DNA of 64,000 nucleotides from a virus (IMGVR_UViG_3300031555_004728:160001-224000), one strand, 5' to 3'; shown: positions 20,340 to 31,070, counted from the stretch's first letter. Translations and numbers: made by a program. The notes: a model not told the origin generated them from the sequence alone.

Positions 20340-23300
20340 TTAATCTTCGTTATATAAAACAAGACAAATTTGGTCTTTATTAATACATAACATTTCTGGT
20401 ACATATGCAAATCTTTCTTCTTTACTAAGTTCATTAATATCTTTTGTGATATTTTTAATTGACTGGTAATCTGTACTATAACCCATAGTATCAGTTGTTT
20501 TGTATGAACCAGAGGCATCAATATCACCATTAATACCAATAAATTTAATATGATCTACATATGCAAAATTATTCTCAATAGTTCTCATAAGATTAGAAAT
20601 ATGAAGTTCATTAGAACCTGTTGTATTGAGATTTTCAATAGTTTCTTTAATAAATGATTTAATTTCATCTGTAACTTTGATTGCGTCTGTTCCAGCAACA
20701 AGATAAATATAGAACCCAATAGAAATATTTACTCTATCGATAATTTCATCACTATCTCCAATAATATAATTTTTACTCTTACCATATGTATTATACCATT
20801 TAAGATCAAGATATGTTGCTTGACAAATAATAGAATACAGCACAGTTTCAAGATTATTATATTGGTTTCTATACTGATTGATTAAATATGTAAACATTTC
20901 ATAATTAGTTTTTCCACACTCATTTTTTGTATATGCTCCATTAGAATCAAAATGTTGCATAAGTGAATACTTAATCATTGGTGATGAATATAAATAAATA
21001 TCACCATTTGCTACATTATAAAGTCTATCATCTCTAAAATACATTGAGCTTCTAATCATTGTAAGAGGTTTGATAAAATCTACTCTATCTGAGAATGTAG
21101 AATAGATATTTGTCCAATTATAATTAACAAGACTAAACATTGCTTGTTGTGATGGGTAGTTGTTTGTTGTATAAACATAATCATCATCAACTTCATACTC
21201 TTTATAAAGAACTACAAATTTAACTTCAACATCTGTCATAGGTATAAGTTTAGAAGTTTTATTTATGATATAAGTGAAATTACCACGAATACCAGAATTA
21301 TCAATAACCTCTTCTTCTGTATTAGATCCTTCTGTAATTGCTGAACGAAGTCTCATTACACTAGCAGTTTCAGTACCTGTATTTTCTGAAGAGTCGTCAA
21401 TATACTCTCTTTCATTAACCCATAACTTCAATTTTTCACTTTCATCCATTGTATATTCAGTAGATGTATAATCCATAAGATATGGATTATATCCAAGTTC
21501 TTCATTTGTATAGTCTTGAATTTGCATTTGATTTCCAAGTGTTACATGATCATTAGTTCTAAATTTACATTCAAATGTAACAACATCTAAATCTTTATCA
21601 TATGATGTTGGAACCATTTCCATATAACAAGAATCAACACCACCATCTTCAATAATCATCATTACTCTTACATAATTTTTTGAAAGATTTGTTCGTTTTC
21701 CAACATAATCATCATTTGAAATTCCTGGAATTAATAATTCAGGATTCCATTGCATTGATGACATTAATCTTAACTTTACAGAATATTCTTTATCCTTAGA
21801 TAAAGCTCTTTCAAAAGTAGCTTGATTGATGATAAATTGATTTGGTACATCAATATTATATTGAAGGAAATCCAAAAGTGATGTTTGATTAATTATAGTT
21901 AGGTAGTAATTTACAAGTCCTGGATGTTTTGTAATACTCATAAGGAATGGATTTGCATAAACAAACATATCCTTTGTAATACGACTTTCAATTTCTTCAA
22001 CATCAAATACTGTAAGAACCATATCTGCCATGTTATATCCAGTTTTAATACCTTCATTATGGCAGCAATAACATAATTCTTTTCCAGAATCTGGATCACT
22101 GAAAGTTCTGTGTGATTGGAAACCACAATGTGGACATGTATAAATTACATTTTCAACATAATATTCCAAAGTCTCATTTTCATTTTTTGATGAAATATAT
22201 AAAGATTCCCAGTCTTCTTCACTACTTGAATAGCTTGGGTTAACTGATGGATTAATACCATGTAACCACTTGAAGTAATCTTTCATTATATTTTGATATA
22301 CATTTTGACCTTGGAAATTTCTGAATAGTTTATCTTCTTTAAAACCTAATTTAAATAAAGGAACTACTCTATTATTATAACCATTTTCAGTTTCATATGT
22401 ATAAAGGTATCCTGGGTCTTGGGTATATGTATAACCACCATCAGGATTATTCCATGACTTGTAATTCATAGTAATATCTAATGTATTTGTAGGATATACA
22501 TAGTCCTCATTCTTACATACCATAAAACCTGTATACAAACGAGATGATAAGTCATCTCTTCTTTTAATAAATTTAATTCTGTTTTCATTCTTATCTTTAT
22601 AAGAATTAAAAAACTCTTCAAGATCTTCATCAGTACTTAATACATTTGCTGTTCTAAATTGTGTTGCGGTTAATCTTCGAAGGTCTTCTAAACTTATAGT
22701 ATCAGAACCACCTTCTGAACCTGATGTAACTAAAGCACCTAATATAAAGGTTTCATTATAATTATACTCTTCAGTATCTTTAATTATTGAAACTTCTTTT
22801 CCTGTATAAGTATCAAAGTTACCATCTTTACCTAAAGTTGTATAAGTAACTATTTTAATTTCAGAATTAAATTCTGGTTGAAAATATGAGTCATTTAAAC
22901 TAAATGATAATCTCAAAATATTCTCATCAATAATTTTATAGAAACAAAATGGATCTTTTTCTGGTAAAGAGTTTTCAACTCTAAGTAACAACTGAGTATA
23001 TTCAGTATCACCAGGTGCTTTATAAAAAGCATCAAACCCAGCTAAGATTCCATCGAATTTAACATCAATGATTGGATAATTTATAGTTGAATTATCTATA
23101 AGATTTTCTGTTGTTTCTTCTCTTACACATTGATGTCCTATAACTTCCATAGCAAAATATCCATCTACACTTCTCCTTATTTTTATATAAGGATTTGTGA
23201 TGTCTGATATAGAGTTATTGAATTCTGTAACTACATATTTAGCTGCATATACATATTCAGTAGCAGCAAGTTTTGTTTTCTTTCTAGTTATTTCGATATC

Positions 23301-23744
23301 ATAATCTAATACGAATGGTATTTCTTCTACATAAATAGTAGTATTTTTACTTAAGTAAATAACGTTTTGAGTAACTTGCGTAGCATACATATTTGCTTCA
23401 TCAAAAACTTTACTTAATTCTTTTTCATCTAAAACTAACAAAAATCTACATTTTGCCGCAGAACCAATTACATTACTTAATTGAAATAATGAAGCATATG
23501 CATAAATTGATTCTGGTAATGAAGCTTTTTGTATAAAAAATTCTTTCAATAACGTAGATGTTGCATAGAACGTATCTTCTGAAATAGTTGATAGCTGTTC
23601 TGTAGTAAATCCTATAAGACCAGAAGTTCTTGTGGAGATATCTTGGTCTGGGAAATACTTAGGTATGAGGACATCTGTTGTCAAGGTTTTAAAATCGAAA
23701 TTATCTCTATAATTTCTAGTTGTATTTACCAACTTTAGACTCAC
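20340..23744 (-). CDS. Large virion structural protein, probably baseplate wedge
   Basis: 1134 aa; YTTLGKDGNF and GGSD..SLEDLR segments resemble baseplate wedge proteins of large myophages. Confidence 0.6.
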   Translation of the reverse strand: MSLKLVNTTRNYRDNFDFKTLTTDVLIPKYFPDQDISTRTSGLIGFTTEQLSTISEDTFYATSTLLKEFFIQKASLPESIYAYASLFQLSNVIGSAAKCRFLLVLDEKELSKVFDEANMYATQVTQNVIYLSKNTTIYVEEIPFVLDYDIEITRKKTKLAATEYVYAAKYVVTEFNNSISDITNPYIKIRRSVDGYFAMEVIGHQCVREETTENLIDNSTINYPIIDVKFDGILAGFDAFYKAPGDTEYTQLLLRVENSLPEKDPFCFYKIIDENILRLSFSLNDSYFQPEFNSEIKIVTYTTLGKDGNFDTYTGKEVSIIKDTEEYNYNETFILGALVTSGSEGGSDTISLEDLRRLTATQFRTANVLSTDEDLEEFFNSYKDKNENRIKFIKRRDDLSSRLYTGFMVCKNEDYVYPTNTLDITMNYKSWNNPDGGYTYTQDPGYLYTYETENGYNNRVVPLFKLGFKEDKLFRNFQGQNVYQNIMKDYFKWLHGINPSVNPSYSSSEEDWESLYISSKNENETLEYYVENVIYTCPHCGFQSHRTFSDPDSGKELCYCCHNEGIKTGYNMADMVLTVFDVEEIESRITKDMFVYANPFLMSITKHPGLVNYYLTIINQTSLLDFLQYNIDVPNQFIINQATFERALSKDKEYSVKLRLMSSMQWNPELLIPGISNDDYVGKRTNLSKNYVRVMMIIEDGGVDSCYMEMVPTSYDKDLDVVTFECKFRTNDHVTLGNQMQIQDYTNEELGYNPYLMDYTSTEYTMDESEKLKLWVNEREYIDDSSENTGTETASVMRLRSAITEGSNTEEEVIDNSGIRGNFTYIINKTSKLIPMTDVEVKFVVLYKEYEVDDDYVYTTNNYPSQQAMFSLVNYNWTNIYSTFSDRVDFIKPLTMIRSSMYFRDDRLYNVANGDIYLYSSPMIKYSLMQHFDSNGAYTKNECGKTNYEMFTYLINQYRNQYNNLETVLYSIICQATYLDLKWYNTYGKSKNYIIGDSDEIIDRVNISIGFYIYLVAGTDAIKVTDEIKSFIKETIENLNTTGSNELHISNLMRTIENNFAYVDHIKFIGINGDIDASGSYKTTDTMGYSTDYQSIKNITKDINELSKEERFAYVPEMLCINKDQICLVLYNED

Positions 23745-23755
23745 CTCAATTCTTT

Positions 23756-25306
23756 TTATTTTTCTCTAAATCTTAACTTGTAAACTGTACGTCCAAGTTT
23801 ATCAGGAACCATTTCAATGAATGGTGCCCCAACCCATGTATTACCAGTTGATAATATTTTAGGGTTATATGTTTCAAGGTAGTTTTTACTACCACTAGAA
23901 TTTAAATTAAATTCTGTTATAATTTCAGTATTCCAATCTTTTTTAAAAGAATACTGGTAGTTTATACTTATTTCTGGGTTTGTAATAAACTGTGACTTTG
24001 CAAATGTCATAATAGAATCTGGAATATTTGTTGGGAAAACTCCATAGAGTTTTGACCAATAAATAATATCCTCACCATTTTCTGCACAAACGATATAATA
24101 TGCAGAACATGCATAGTCAAGTACTTTATTTATAAGGTGATTATCTTTAGGTCTGAGTTCACCTTTATTTACAGCTGAAATATACTCTACCCAAAATTGG
24201 TGCATTCTAAATAGATGCAAATCTCTATCATCATTAAATGATATACTTAATTCTCCAGCAGCTAAAGAATCATCGATATGTCTACCATATGCAATACTAT
24301 TACCATGTAATGTCTTTCCATATGTATCATATTTAATAGATCGGTCTCTACATTCAAAACTTGTTACTCTATTTGAAGGTAACATCATGAATTGATGGTC
24401 CAATCCTACAGATTGTGACAACTGAAGTAATGTACTTGGGTTATTTTTAAACTCATATACATAATCAGGTATAGATTTTACTTGGTCTACTAATGTAAGA
24501 TTATTTGAACCTGTTGAATATATTACATTGCAATCAGGTCGTGTAAAGAACACATGTGCAAATGTTCTTGTTAACATATCATCTGGAGTAGCAACTTTAA
24601 ATCTGTTATAGTATTTGGCATATCTTTCATATAACTGAATACTACTTTCTTCATGTAAATTAATACTCTCCTTCAAATCATTAACTGCTTGTATGAAAGA
24701 ATTATCTGCATAATCGGTTTCATAATTATATTTATATTTATTAGTAGATGGATCGAATTCTGCAGCGGGAAATCCTTTGCTATTTTGAACTTTAGTCGGT
24801 GATTCTGATACTTCAGGATTAATCTGTTTAGGCTTAGTAACTCTACTTCCACTAAAATTAAAGCTGTTAATAGTAGAAAGTGCTAGTGATGGGTGTGATA
24901 CTTTATAAGTATTAACCTTCTTACCAGTTTCTATATTTTCAACAACTTTACCAGATGTCTTAATTTTAGAACCACTATTATCTTGAACTATGGATGTTGA
25001 TATTGTACTTTTATTTGTCTGTCTTGTAACAGCACTATTGTATACTGTATCACTATTCATAGCCATTAAAGATATACCTTCCATCTCTAAAAATGAATAT
25101 GAAACAGATGGGTGTTTAAGAATTACCCATCCAGATATATTACTATTTTTTACATTTACCCATTCGACATTATTTACAACACGATAATCTAATACTTCAA
25201 CTTTAGAACCAGTTGGTAGTGAACCAATGTAATTTTTATCTGAAGAATTTGATGTTGTATATACTTTTAATGATGAACGTCTTGTTTTAACTACAGCATA
25301 ATCCAA
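23756..25306 (-). CDS. Virion protein with N-terminal SH3-like domain (tail/baseplate)
   Basis: LKVY...IGSLPTGSKVEVL...WVNV...GWV SH3b pattern; late-type promoter at 25341-25352. Confidence 0.6.
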   Translation of the reverse strand: MDYAVVKTRRSSLKVYTTSNSSDKNYIGSLPTGSKVEVLDYRVVNNVEWVNVKNSNISGWVILKHPSVSYSFLEMEGISLMAMNSDTVYNSAVTRQTNKSTISTSIVQDNSGSKIKTSGKVVENIETGKKVNTYKVSHPSLALSTINSFNFSGSRVTKPKQINPEVSESPTKVQNSKGFPAAEFDPSTNKYKYNYETDYADNSFIQAVNDLKESINLHEESSIQLYERYAKYYNRFKVATPDDMLTRTFAHVFFTRPDCNVIYSTGSNNLTLVDQVKSIPDYVYEFKNNPSTLLQLSQSVGLDHQFMMLPSNRVTSFECRDRSIKYDTYGKTLHGNSIAYGRHIDDSLAAGELSISFNDDRDLHLFRMHQFWVEYISAVNKGELRPKDNHLINKVLDYACSAYYIVCAENGEDIIYWSKLYGVFPTNIPDSIMTFAKSQFITNPEISINYQYSFKKDWNTEIITEFNLNSSGSKNYLETYNPKILSTGNTWVGAPFIEMVPDKLGRTVYKLRFREK

Positions 25307-25504
25307 GGCTAATTCACCTTCTTTCTGTATCTTTCTGCCTTAAACTATTGTTTTCTGGGTTAATTTGCATAGGTAGAAACAAGTAATTAAGGGTGATGTG
25401 TACAAATGTTTATTGTCATCTATTTTATACTCAGTAGGAAATCTCACGTCCTACTGAGTATATTTTGTTAAAATAATATATTTTTGGATAGGTTGTGAGG
25501 ATAG

Positions 25505-25586
25505 GAACCAATTTTGTTAAGTTAACTTTCTCTATCTATTGGTAATTTACGAGAATTACAGAAAACTTACTTAACAAAACTGCAAC
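25505..25586 (+). repeat. 82-bp element, copy 4
   Basis: Same arms and length. Confidence 0.96.
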
Positions 25587-25910
25587 CACCAAATATATTA
25601 TACAAAACATGAGACTGAAAATGGTATTGAATGTTTTAGAGTTGGTAACATGGTTGAACTTTCATGTATAACAACATTTGATTTTCAGACTGATGGTACA
25701 ATACCAGATAATGTTGTTATACCATATGGATATAGACCATATTATAGGGGTATTCGTTTTCCAGTAATTCTTAGATCTGGTAGTGAGTATACATGTTGTA
25801 AAGGTTTTTTAACAATTGACGGTGTATTAACATTTGATAGTGTATCTTATAGTTGGAGAGAAGTACATTTTGTTTTAAGTTATATAACAAATGATGATTA
25901 TCCATCTTAA
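25578..25910 (+). other. Silent tail-fibre tip cassette 4
   Basis: NCNHQIYY...FRVGNMVEL...IPYGYRP...LSYIT; RxGNxV/xPxGYRP pattern typical of phage fibre C-termini. Confidence 0.85.
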
Positions 25911-25924
25911 AAAATTAAGATGGG

Positions 25925-25975
25925 GAACCAATTTTGTTAAGTAAAATAAACAAAAACTTTTTTGTTAAGTAAAAT
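25925..25975 (+). repeat. Left half of the element upstream of the expressed tail fibre, with duplicated arm
   Basis: GAACCAATTTTGTTAAGT at 25925; TTTTGTTAAGTAAAAT directly repeated at 25932 and 25960. Confidence 0.85.
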
Positions 25976-26010
25976 TTTTATTGTAAAAATATACCATAAA
26001 TAAAATAAAA

Positions 26011-26022
26011 AACATTCTTTTA
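26011..26022 (+). promoter_or_regulatory. Putative late promoter of the tail fibre
   Basis: AACATTCTTTTA (AACA-N6-TA). Confidence 0.55.
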
Positions 26023-26100
26023 ATGTGAAATACTACGGAGTTCTATCCGTATTTTCCTTTATTATTTTCATGAAAATATTAAAACAAGGAGGATTTTGAT

Positions 26101-27528
26101 ATGAGTACAGTAAGACATCATATTGAAATGACCCACTTAGATTCGGGTGGAAATAAATATATACTTTATCCAAAGAATACCTTGGCTGACGTTCATACGA
26201 GCTCAACATCAGGTGTTACGATCGACGGAAAAGTTAATTTCTATGGAACTTGTACAACAGCTGCAGTTACAGCTGCTAAAACTGCTTCAATTAGCGGATT
26301 TACACTTGCACAAGGACAACATGTAACAATAGCTTTCACTAACGGAATTACAGTAGCAAGTCCTACTTTAAATATCAATAGTCTCGGTGCAAAAGCTATT
26401 TATCACAAAGGTGCAGCTTTAAAAGCAAATGTTATTAGAGCAGGTGCACGTGTTCAATTAGTTTATGACGGAACTAACTTTGAAGTATTAAACTTTGATG
26501 CACCATACGCACAAAGTAACAACACTACAAAGTTTTATTTGTTAGGTACACCTAACGCTGAAAATGGTGTTCCATCTGACCAATACTTCGATACAGGCGT
26601 ATATGTAAGTGCAACAGATGGTCAATTAGTTGCAAAATCATTCTCTGGTAATGGTTCTGCATTAACAAACTTGAATGCTGGAAATATTGCTTCTGGTACA
26701 GTAGCAGCAGATAGACTTCCAACTTCAGGTGCAACAGCTGGAACTTATGGTGAAAATGCTGGAGATAATACATCATTAGCTCATAGTGGTTCTCTTGTAG
26801 TTCCAAAAATTTCATTAGACAAATACGGTAGAATTACATCTGCTGAAAACATTGTTTATACAATGCCAGCAAATGAAAATACTGATGAAAAAGTAAAAGT
26901 AACTCAAAATGCTACTACAAAAGCATATGTAACAGGTACAACAACTGCAAATGGAAATGCTGGTGGATTATTATATGATCCAAATGTATATCTTGATACA
27001 ACATCTGGTAGATTCCATGCAGCAACAATGAACTCAAATACTTACTACCTCGGAGATACTTCTAACTACATTGACAGTTCAAATTATACTGGAACTGCAG
27101 CAAATGTCGGAACACTTTCTGAGTGGTTGGTAGATAGTTGTGCTTCAGATAGTGCTAACGGAGTCACCAATCAGGCACTTACAGCTAATCAGGGATATTT
27201 GTTACAAAATCAGATTGATGAGCTAAACTGCAACCTGAATGAATTTGGAACACCTATTACAACAATTTATACTGATACTGTAGAAAAATCTGTAGAGATA
27301 CCACCTAATGCTAGATTTTTAAAAGTTAGTTTTTGGAATGGTTATGATAAATATTATGGGGCAGATATGTTTCATGCAAGAGGATTAAAAACTAGTGGAT
27401 CGGTGAATATTATACTTAGAGTTAGGTATGATAATTACATAGCACAAATAACAATAACACCAAATTCAAATATACTTAAATTTAAAATGGAATCAGGTTC
27501 AATTAATGTAATGCTTCATTTTATATAA
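26101..27528 (+). CDS. Tail fibre / receptor-binding protein (expression locus: constant region codons 1-375 plus variable tip)
   Basis: GGAGG RBS; fibre motifs PTLNINSLGAKAI, LVYDGTNF, DKYGRIT, ALTANQGYLLQNQIDELNCNL; AAACTGCAACC core at 27225-27235 in the same N-C-N frame as all cassettes. Confidence 0.88.
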   Translation: MSTVRHHIEMTHLDSGGNKYILYPKNTLADVHTSSTSGVTIDGKVNFYGTCTTAAVTAAKTASISGFTLAQGQHVTIAFTNGITVASPTLNINSLGAKAIYHKGAALKANVIRAGARVQLVYDGTNFEVLNFDAPYAQSNNTTKFYLLGTPNAENGVPSDQYFDTGVYVSATDGQLVAKSFSGNGSALTNLNAGNIASGTVAADRLPTSGATAGTYGENAGDNTSLAHSGSLVVPKISLDKYGRITSAENIVYTMPANENTDEKVKVTQNATTKAYVTGTTTANGNAGGLLYDPNVYLDTTSGRFHAATMNSNTYYLGDTSNYIDSSNYTGTAANVGTLSEWLVDSCASDSANGVTNQALTANQGYLLQNQIDELNCNLNEFGTPITTIYTDTVEKSVEIPPNARFLKVSFWNGYDKYYGADMFHARGLKTSGSVNIILRVRYDNYIAQITITPNSNILKFKMESGSINVMLHFI

Positions 27529-27565
27529 ATATTATATATAAAATACTATTAAGAAGGTGAGGGGA

Positions 27566-27647
27566 GAACCAATTTTGTTAAGTTAAATTTCTCTATCTAT
27601 CGATAATTTCCTTTGATTACAGAAAACTTACTTAACAAAACTGCAAC
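27566..27647 (+). repeat. 82-bp element, copy 5
   Basis: Same arms and length. Confidence 0.97.
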
Positions 27648-27998
27648 CAACAAGAATTGGTAGCATCATTAACTCCACATGAATCATATGGAGCACATAT
27701 GAATCCTACATATGATGCACAACATTCACTTTTTACATTAGGTAGATTTAAAATTGTATCCGGAACTGTAGAAAGTAAGCATTTTCCATATAATAGTAAT
27801 TCTGGTGCGTATGAATATACTTCATATTTTTCATACCCATTTAATGTGATACCTAGAGTTTTGGTTACTGCAGAATATCCTGCAGGATTACCAGAAGTTT
27901 GTGTAGCTTCAGTAACTACTACATATGTAAAACTTTCATGTAGTTCACAATTAAATAGTTTATGGGTAAATTGGTTTGCATTTTCATTTGATGAATAA
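27639..27998 (+). other. Silent tail-fibre tip cassette 5 (H-type-lectin/gp53-like)
   Basis: NCNQQELVASL...FSYPFNVIPRVLVT...VNWFAF. Confidence 0.85.
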
Positions 27999-28034
27999 AA
28001 AAAAGAAGAGGGTTTTTAATCCTCTTCTTTTTTC

Positions 28035-28859
28035 TTATAAAATACTTCCAATAGAATCTAAATCCATATCTCTATACATTTTATCAAACATGATGTTTGA
28101 AAATACAGAGCAGTTTTCATTATCTGGAATTGGATAAATATATGTCATTGGATATTTACCCATTTCTTCATAAAACATTTGTGCTACCACATTTGGATTG
28201 TTTTTAAATACACCACAACCATAAGCACCAAGATATAAAATATCAACTAAATGAGAATATGCACATTGCATTAGAATCTGAATTCTTTCTCTCATCGTAG
28301 ATTCTATTTCTTCTTCAGAAACATTATTTCGTAAAGCTGCCCCTCTATTAGGTGCTGCAATAGTAATAACGTCTGCTTTAAAGATACTACCTTTTTCACC
28401 AATAAATATAACATCTGGAGTATAAATCATTCTATGCTTATATAGAGCTTTATTTTTATTCTCTCTATTATAATGATAGAATGTGTCATCGAATGCTTCC
28501 AATATAGGATACAATGTACTAGAATGGCAGATACACTCTTCCTGAGCACTTGAACCTTTAATAAACATCCCACCTGGATTTTTATATGAAGCGAAATTTA
28601 ATACACAAATTTTATTCTTCTTTGATTTTGAATTTGTAACAGCTTCAACAATTCCAGATTTAATAATTTTACATTTAAATGCACCAGAGTTGTCTCTTTC
28701 TAGATTATCTTTTAATAACTCCATGCAATTTTCTTCAGTATATACAACAGAATTTTGAATTGAATATTCTATTTCATCTTGAAATCTTCTGTGCATATCA
28801 ACTATATGCTCACGTGCTTTTTCTTTGTTAAGCTCTTTCTTTGTCCAATAATTAATCAT
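28035..28859 (-). CDS. TIGR02452-family PARG-like macrodomain protein
   Basis: VLNFASYKNPGGMF..GSSAQEE, IYTPDV, LGAYGCGVF.N motifs. Confidence 0.88.
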   Translation of the reverse strand: MINYWTKKELNKEKAREHIVDMHRRFQDEIEYSIQNSVVYTEENCMELLKDNLERDNSGAFKCKIIKSGIVEAVTNSKSKKNKICVLNFASYKNPGGMFIKGSSAQEECICHSSTLYPILEAFDDTFYHYNRENKNKALYKHRMIYTPDVIFIGEKGSIFKADVITIAAPNRGAALRNNVSEEEIESTMRERIQILMQCAYSHLVDILYLGAYGCGVFKNNPNVVAQMFYEEMGKYPMTYIYPIPDNENCSVFSNIMFDKMYRDMDLDSIGSIL

Positions 28860-29073
28860 GATAAAATCCTCCTTATATAAGACATTTCTACAAAAATAAT
28901 ATATTTACAAAAACGAATATTATTCATTAATATAGATATATTATTTTGATGTACAAGGGCACTTGTACACCACCTATTAATTATTCAACAGTGCCCTTGT
29001 GCACCTTATTTTTTATTTATTAATTAAAACAAATTATTAAATCATAAAATATTAGAAAGGAAAGTATGAATTT

Positions 29074-29466
29074 ATGAAAACTATTGATAAATTGAAATTA
29101 GCAATTTTCGAAGCTGGTAATAATGGCATTATCGATGAAGGTAAAGTTAAAGAAATGATTACTGTTTGCGAATCTGCTAATATGGAAAATCAGGATGATG
29201 TAAACGCTCTGACTAAGATTACAGAAGAGTTAATTTCAGTTACAGAATCTGTTGAAAATCCAGAAGCTCCTGTTGTTGAAGAACCAGTAGTTCCTGAAGA
29301 GCAACCTGTTCAAGAATCAGTTGCTGAGATTCAGCATAAAGAAGAAACTCCTTCTGTAAATATGACAGAACTTAAACTTGAGATCTTTGAAAGTGAAGCA
29401 AGTGGTCAAATTACTCCAGAAGAAAGAGATCTCTTGCTAAGTATGATGGATGTACATACAGCTTAA
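29074..29466 (+). CDS. Putative internal head protein (paralogous motif family)
   Basis: C-terminal ELKLEIFESEASGQITPEERDLLL; late-type promoter at 29028-29039. Confidence 0.6.
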   Translation: MKTIDKLKLAIFEAGNNGIIDEGKVKEMITVCESANMENQDDVNALTKITEELISVTESVENPEAPVVEEPVVPEEQPVQESVAEIQHKEETPSVNMTELKLEIFESEASGQITPEERDLLLSMMDVHTA

Positions 29467-29467
29467 T

Positions 29468-29503
29468 AAATATGAGATACAGAAAAATCTGTATCTCATA
29501 TTT
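29468..29503. terminator. Bidirectional terminator, identical copy at 33875-33910
   Basis: AAATATGAGATACAGA-AAAA-TCTGTATCTCATATTT. Confidence 0.75.
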
Positions 29504-29506
29504 ATT

Positions 29507-30157
29507 TTATTTTCCTTGATATGCTTTAAGATAAAGACCTGGTTCTCTTACTTTAGTAGATGGGGTATTAAATTTTTTAGATATTTCATGATCTTTTATC
29601 TCTTCACCTCTACTTCTAATAGATTCTATAGGCACATTACTCTTATTTTCTTTACCAATTTCTAACCGTGACTCATTGTCTAAAGGGCTAGAATAATAAT
29701 CTCCTCTTGAATAATTTTCTTTATATTTGTTAAGTTTATTTGATAAATCGTGTTCAAGTTTTTTAATTTGAAGTGTGATTTTTTCTTTAACAGAATCACT
29801 TGCTGTTTTTTGTATTTTTTTTAACGCTTTAATTTTTTCTTCAGTTTCTTCATTTTGTTTTCTTAATTCTTGTAATGCTTTTGTATGTTCTTTTTCATAT
29901 CTAGTTGCTTCCAAAAGAACTATACACTCATCATTATCAATAATACCTTCTGTAAATCTTTCTAGTACTGAAATATGATATTTAGAATTATCTACTGATT
30001 CTAATAATAATATACATTCATCTACTGATATATCACCATTAATTACTGATTCTGTAATTGAATCAATAACTGCTGGTTCAGTTTCAATAACCATATCTTC
30101 AACTGATTCTGTAACACAGTCTAAAATATTGTCTAAAAGTTGTTCAAATTTACTCAT
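29507..30157 (-). CDS. Putative internal head protein
   Basis: Two degenerate copies of the E...G.I..DEC..LLE motif; ES-rich N-terminus. Confidence 0.55.
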   Translation of the reverse strand: MSKFEQLLDNILDCVTESVEDMVIETEPAVIDSITESVINGDISVDECILLLESVDNSKYHISVLERFTEGIIDNDECIVLLEATRYEKEHTKALQELRKQNEETEEKIKALKKIQKTASDSVKEKITLQIKKLEHDLSNKLNKYKENYSRGDYYSSPLDNESRLEIGKENKSNVPIESIRSRGEEIKDHEISKKFNTPSTKVREPGLYLKAYQGK

Positions 30158-30242
30158 ATTATTAAATCCCTTTCTCTATATTTAATGAACCCAAAACAAA
30201 GTTTTAATAAAACTTTGTTTTAGGAATTTTTGTTAAAATATT

Positions 30243-31070
30243 CTAATACCAATTGCCTGCTTCAACGCCAATATATTGACTTTCGCTACCATAATAAAAA
30301 TAAACCGTTGTACTTAACGGTGCAACTTCATTAAATGTAATTTGTACAGCATTATATGCATATCCTATAGCTTTTATAGTACCACCAGAATCTATACCAT
30401 TATATTTTAAACCACATGAAGTAGTTACACCATTAATGACAGTTCTAGATGTTCCAGCCATATTATTTATAATCCATGGATCATGAATATAAATACTTCC
30501 ACCAGAATCAGATCCACAAACATATTGTCCATATGGTAATTTGTAATAATATCTTTGACATAACCTCAGTTCTTCATCATATCTTCTAGGAATATTTCCT
30601 GTAAACTTAGTACCCTTTTCAAGTTTTATAAAGTCTATATTATAACTATCAGTCATTAATACTGAAAATTCATCATAATTTTCTATTGGACCTCCTGTGT
30701 GTCTTGTATATGATAACTTTAAATTTGGTGATATAATAAATGAATCACTTACAGATCCATTTATTATATATGATCTTATAACTCCATCAAAACTTATAGT
30801 TATAGTATACTGAGCATTATCATCTATTGTATACTCTAAGATTTGTTTTAGTTCAACTGATTTAACAGTTCCTATATTAATAGATATACCTGAATTATCA
30901 TTTAATTTTGATACTATTGGCATAGTATCATTTGGATTATTTATAGTAATATATTTAATCCACATATCTGCTGTATATCCACTCGCTCCAGTATTAAAAC
31001 TAGTACCTCTTTGCCATACTTGAAAATTTCCATTAATTAAAATATTAGGGTTAACAAATTGGTTGCAGTT
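30243..31070 (-). other. Silent tail-fibre tip cassette 6 (large, carbohydrate-binding-like)
   Basis: NCNQFVNPNILINGNFQVWQRG...KLEKG...EELRLCQRYY, a pattern typical of phage fibre modules; the annotated Met is internal. Confidence 0.88.

Noticed and set aside
26101-27998. Diversity-generating retroelement acting on the fibre gene
   Set aside because: No reverse transcriptase in the window and no TR/VR pair differing at adenines; the tips are non-homologous.
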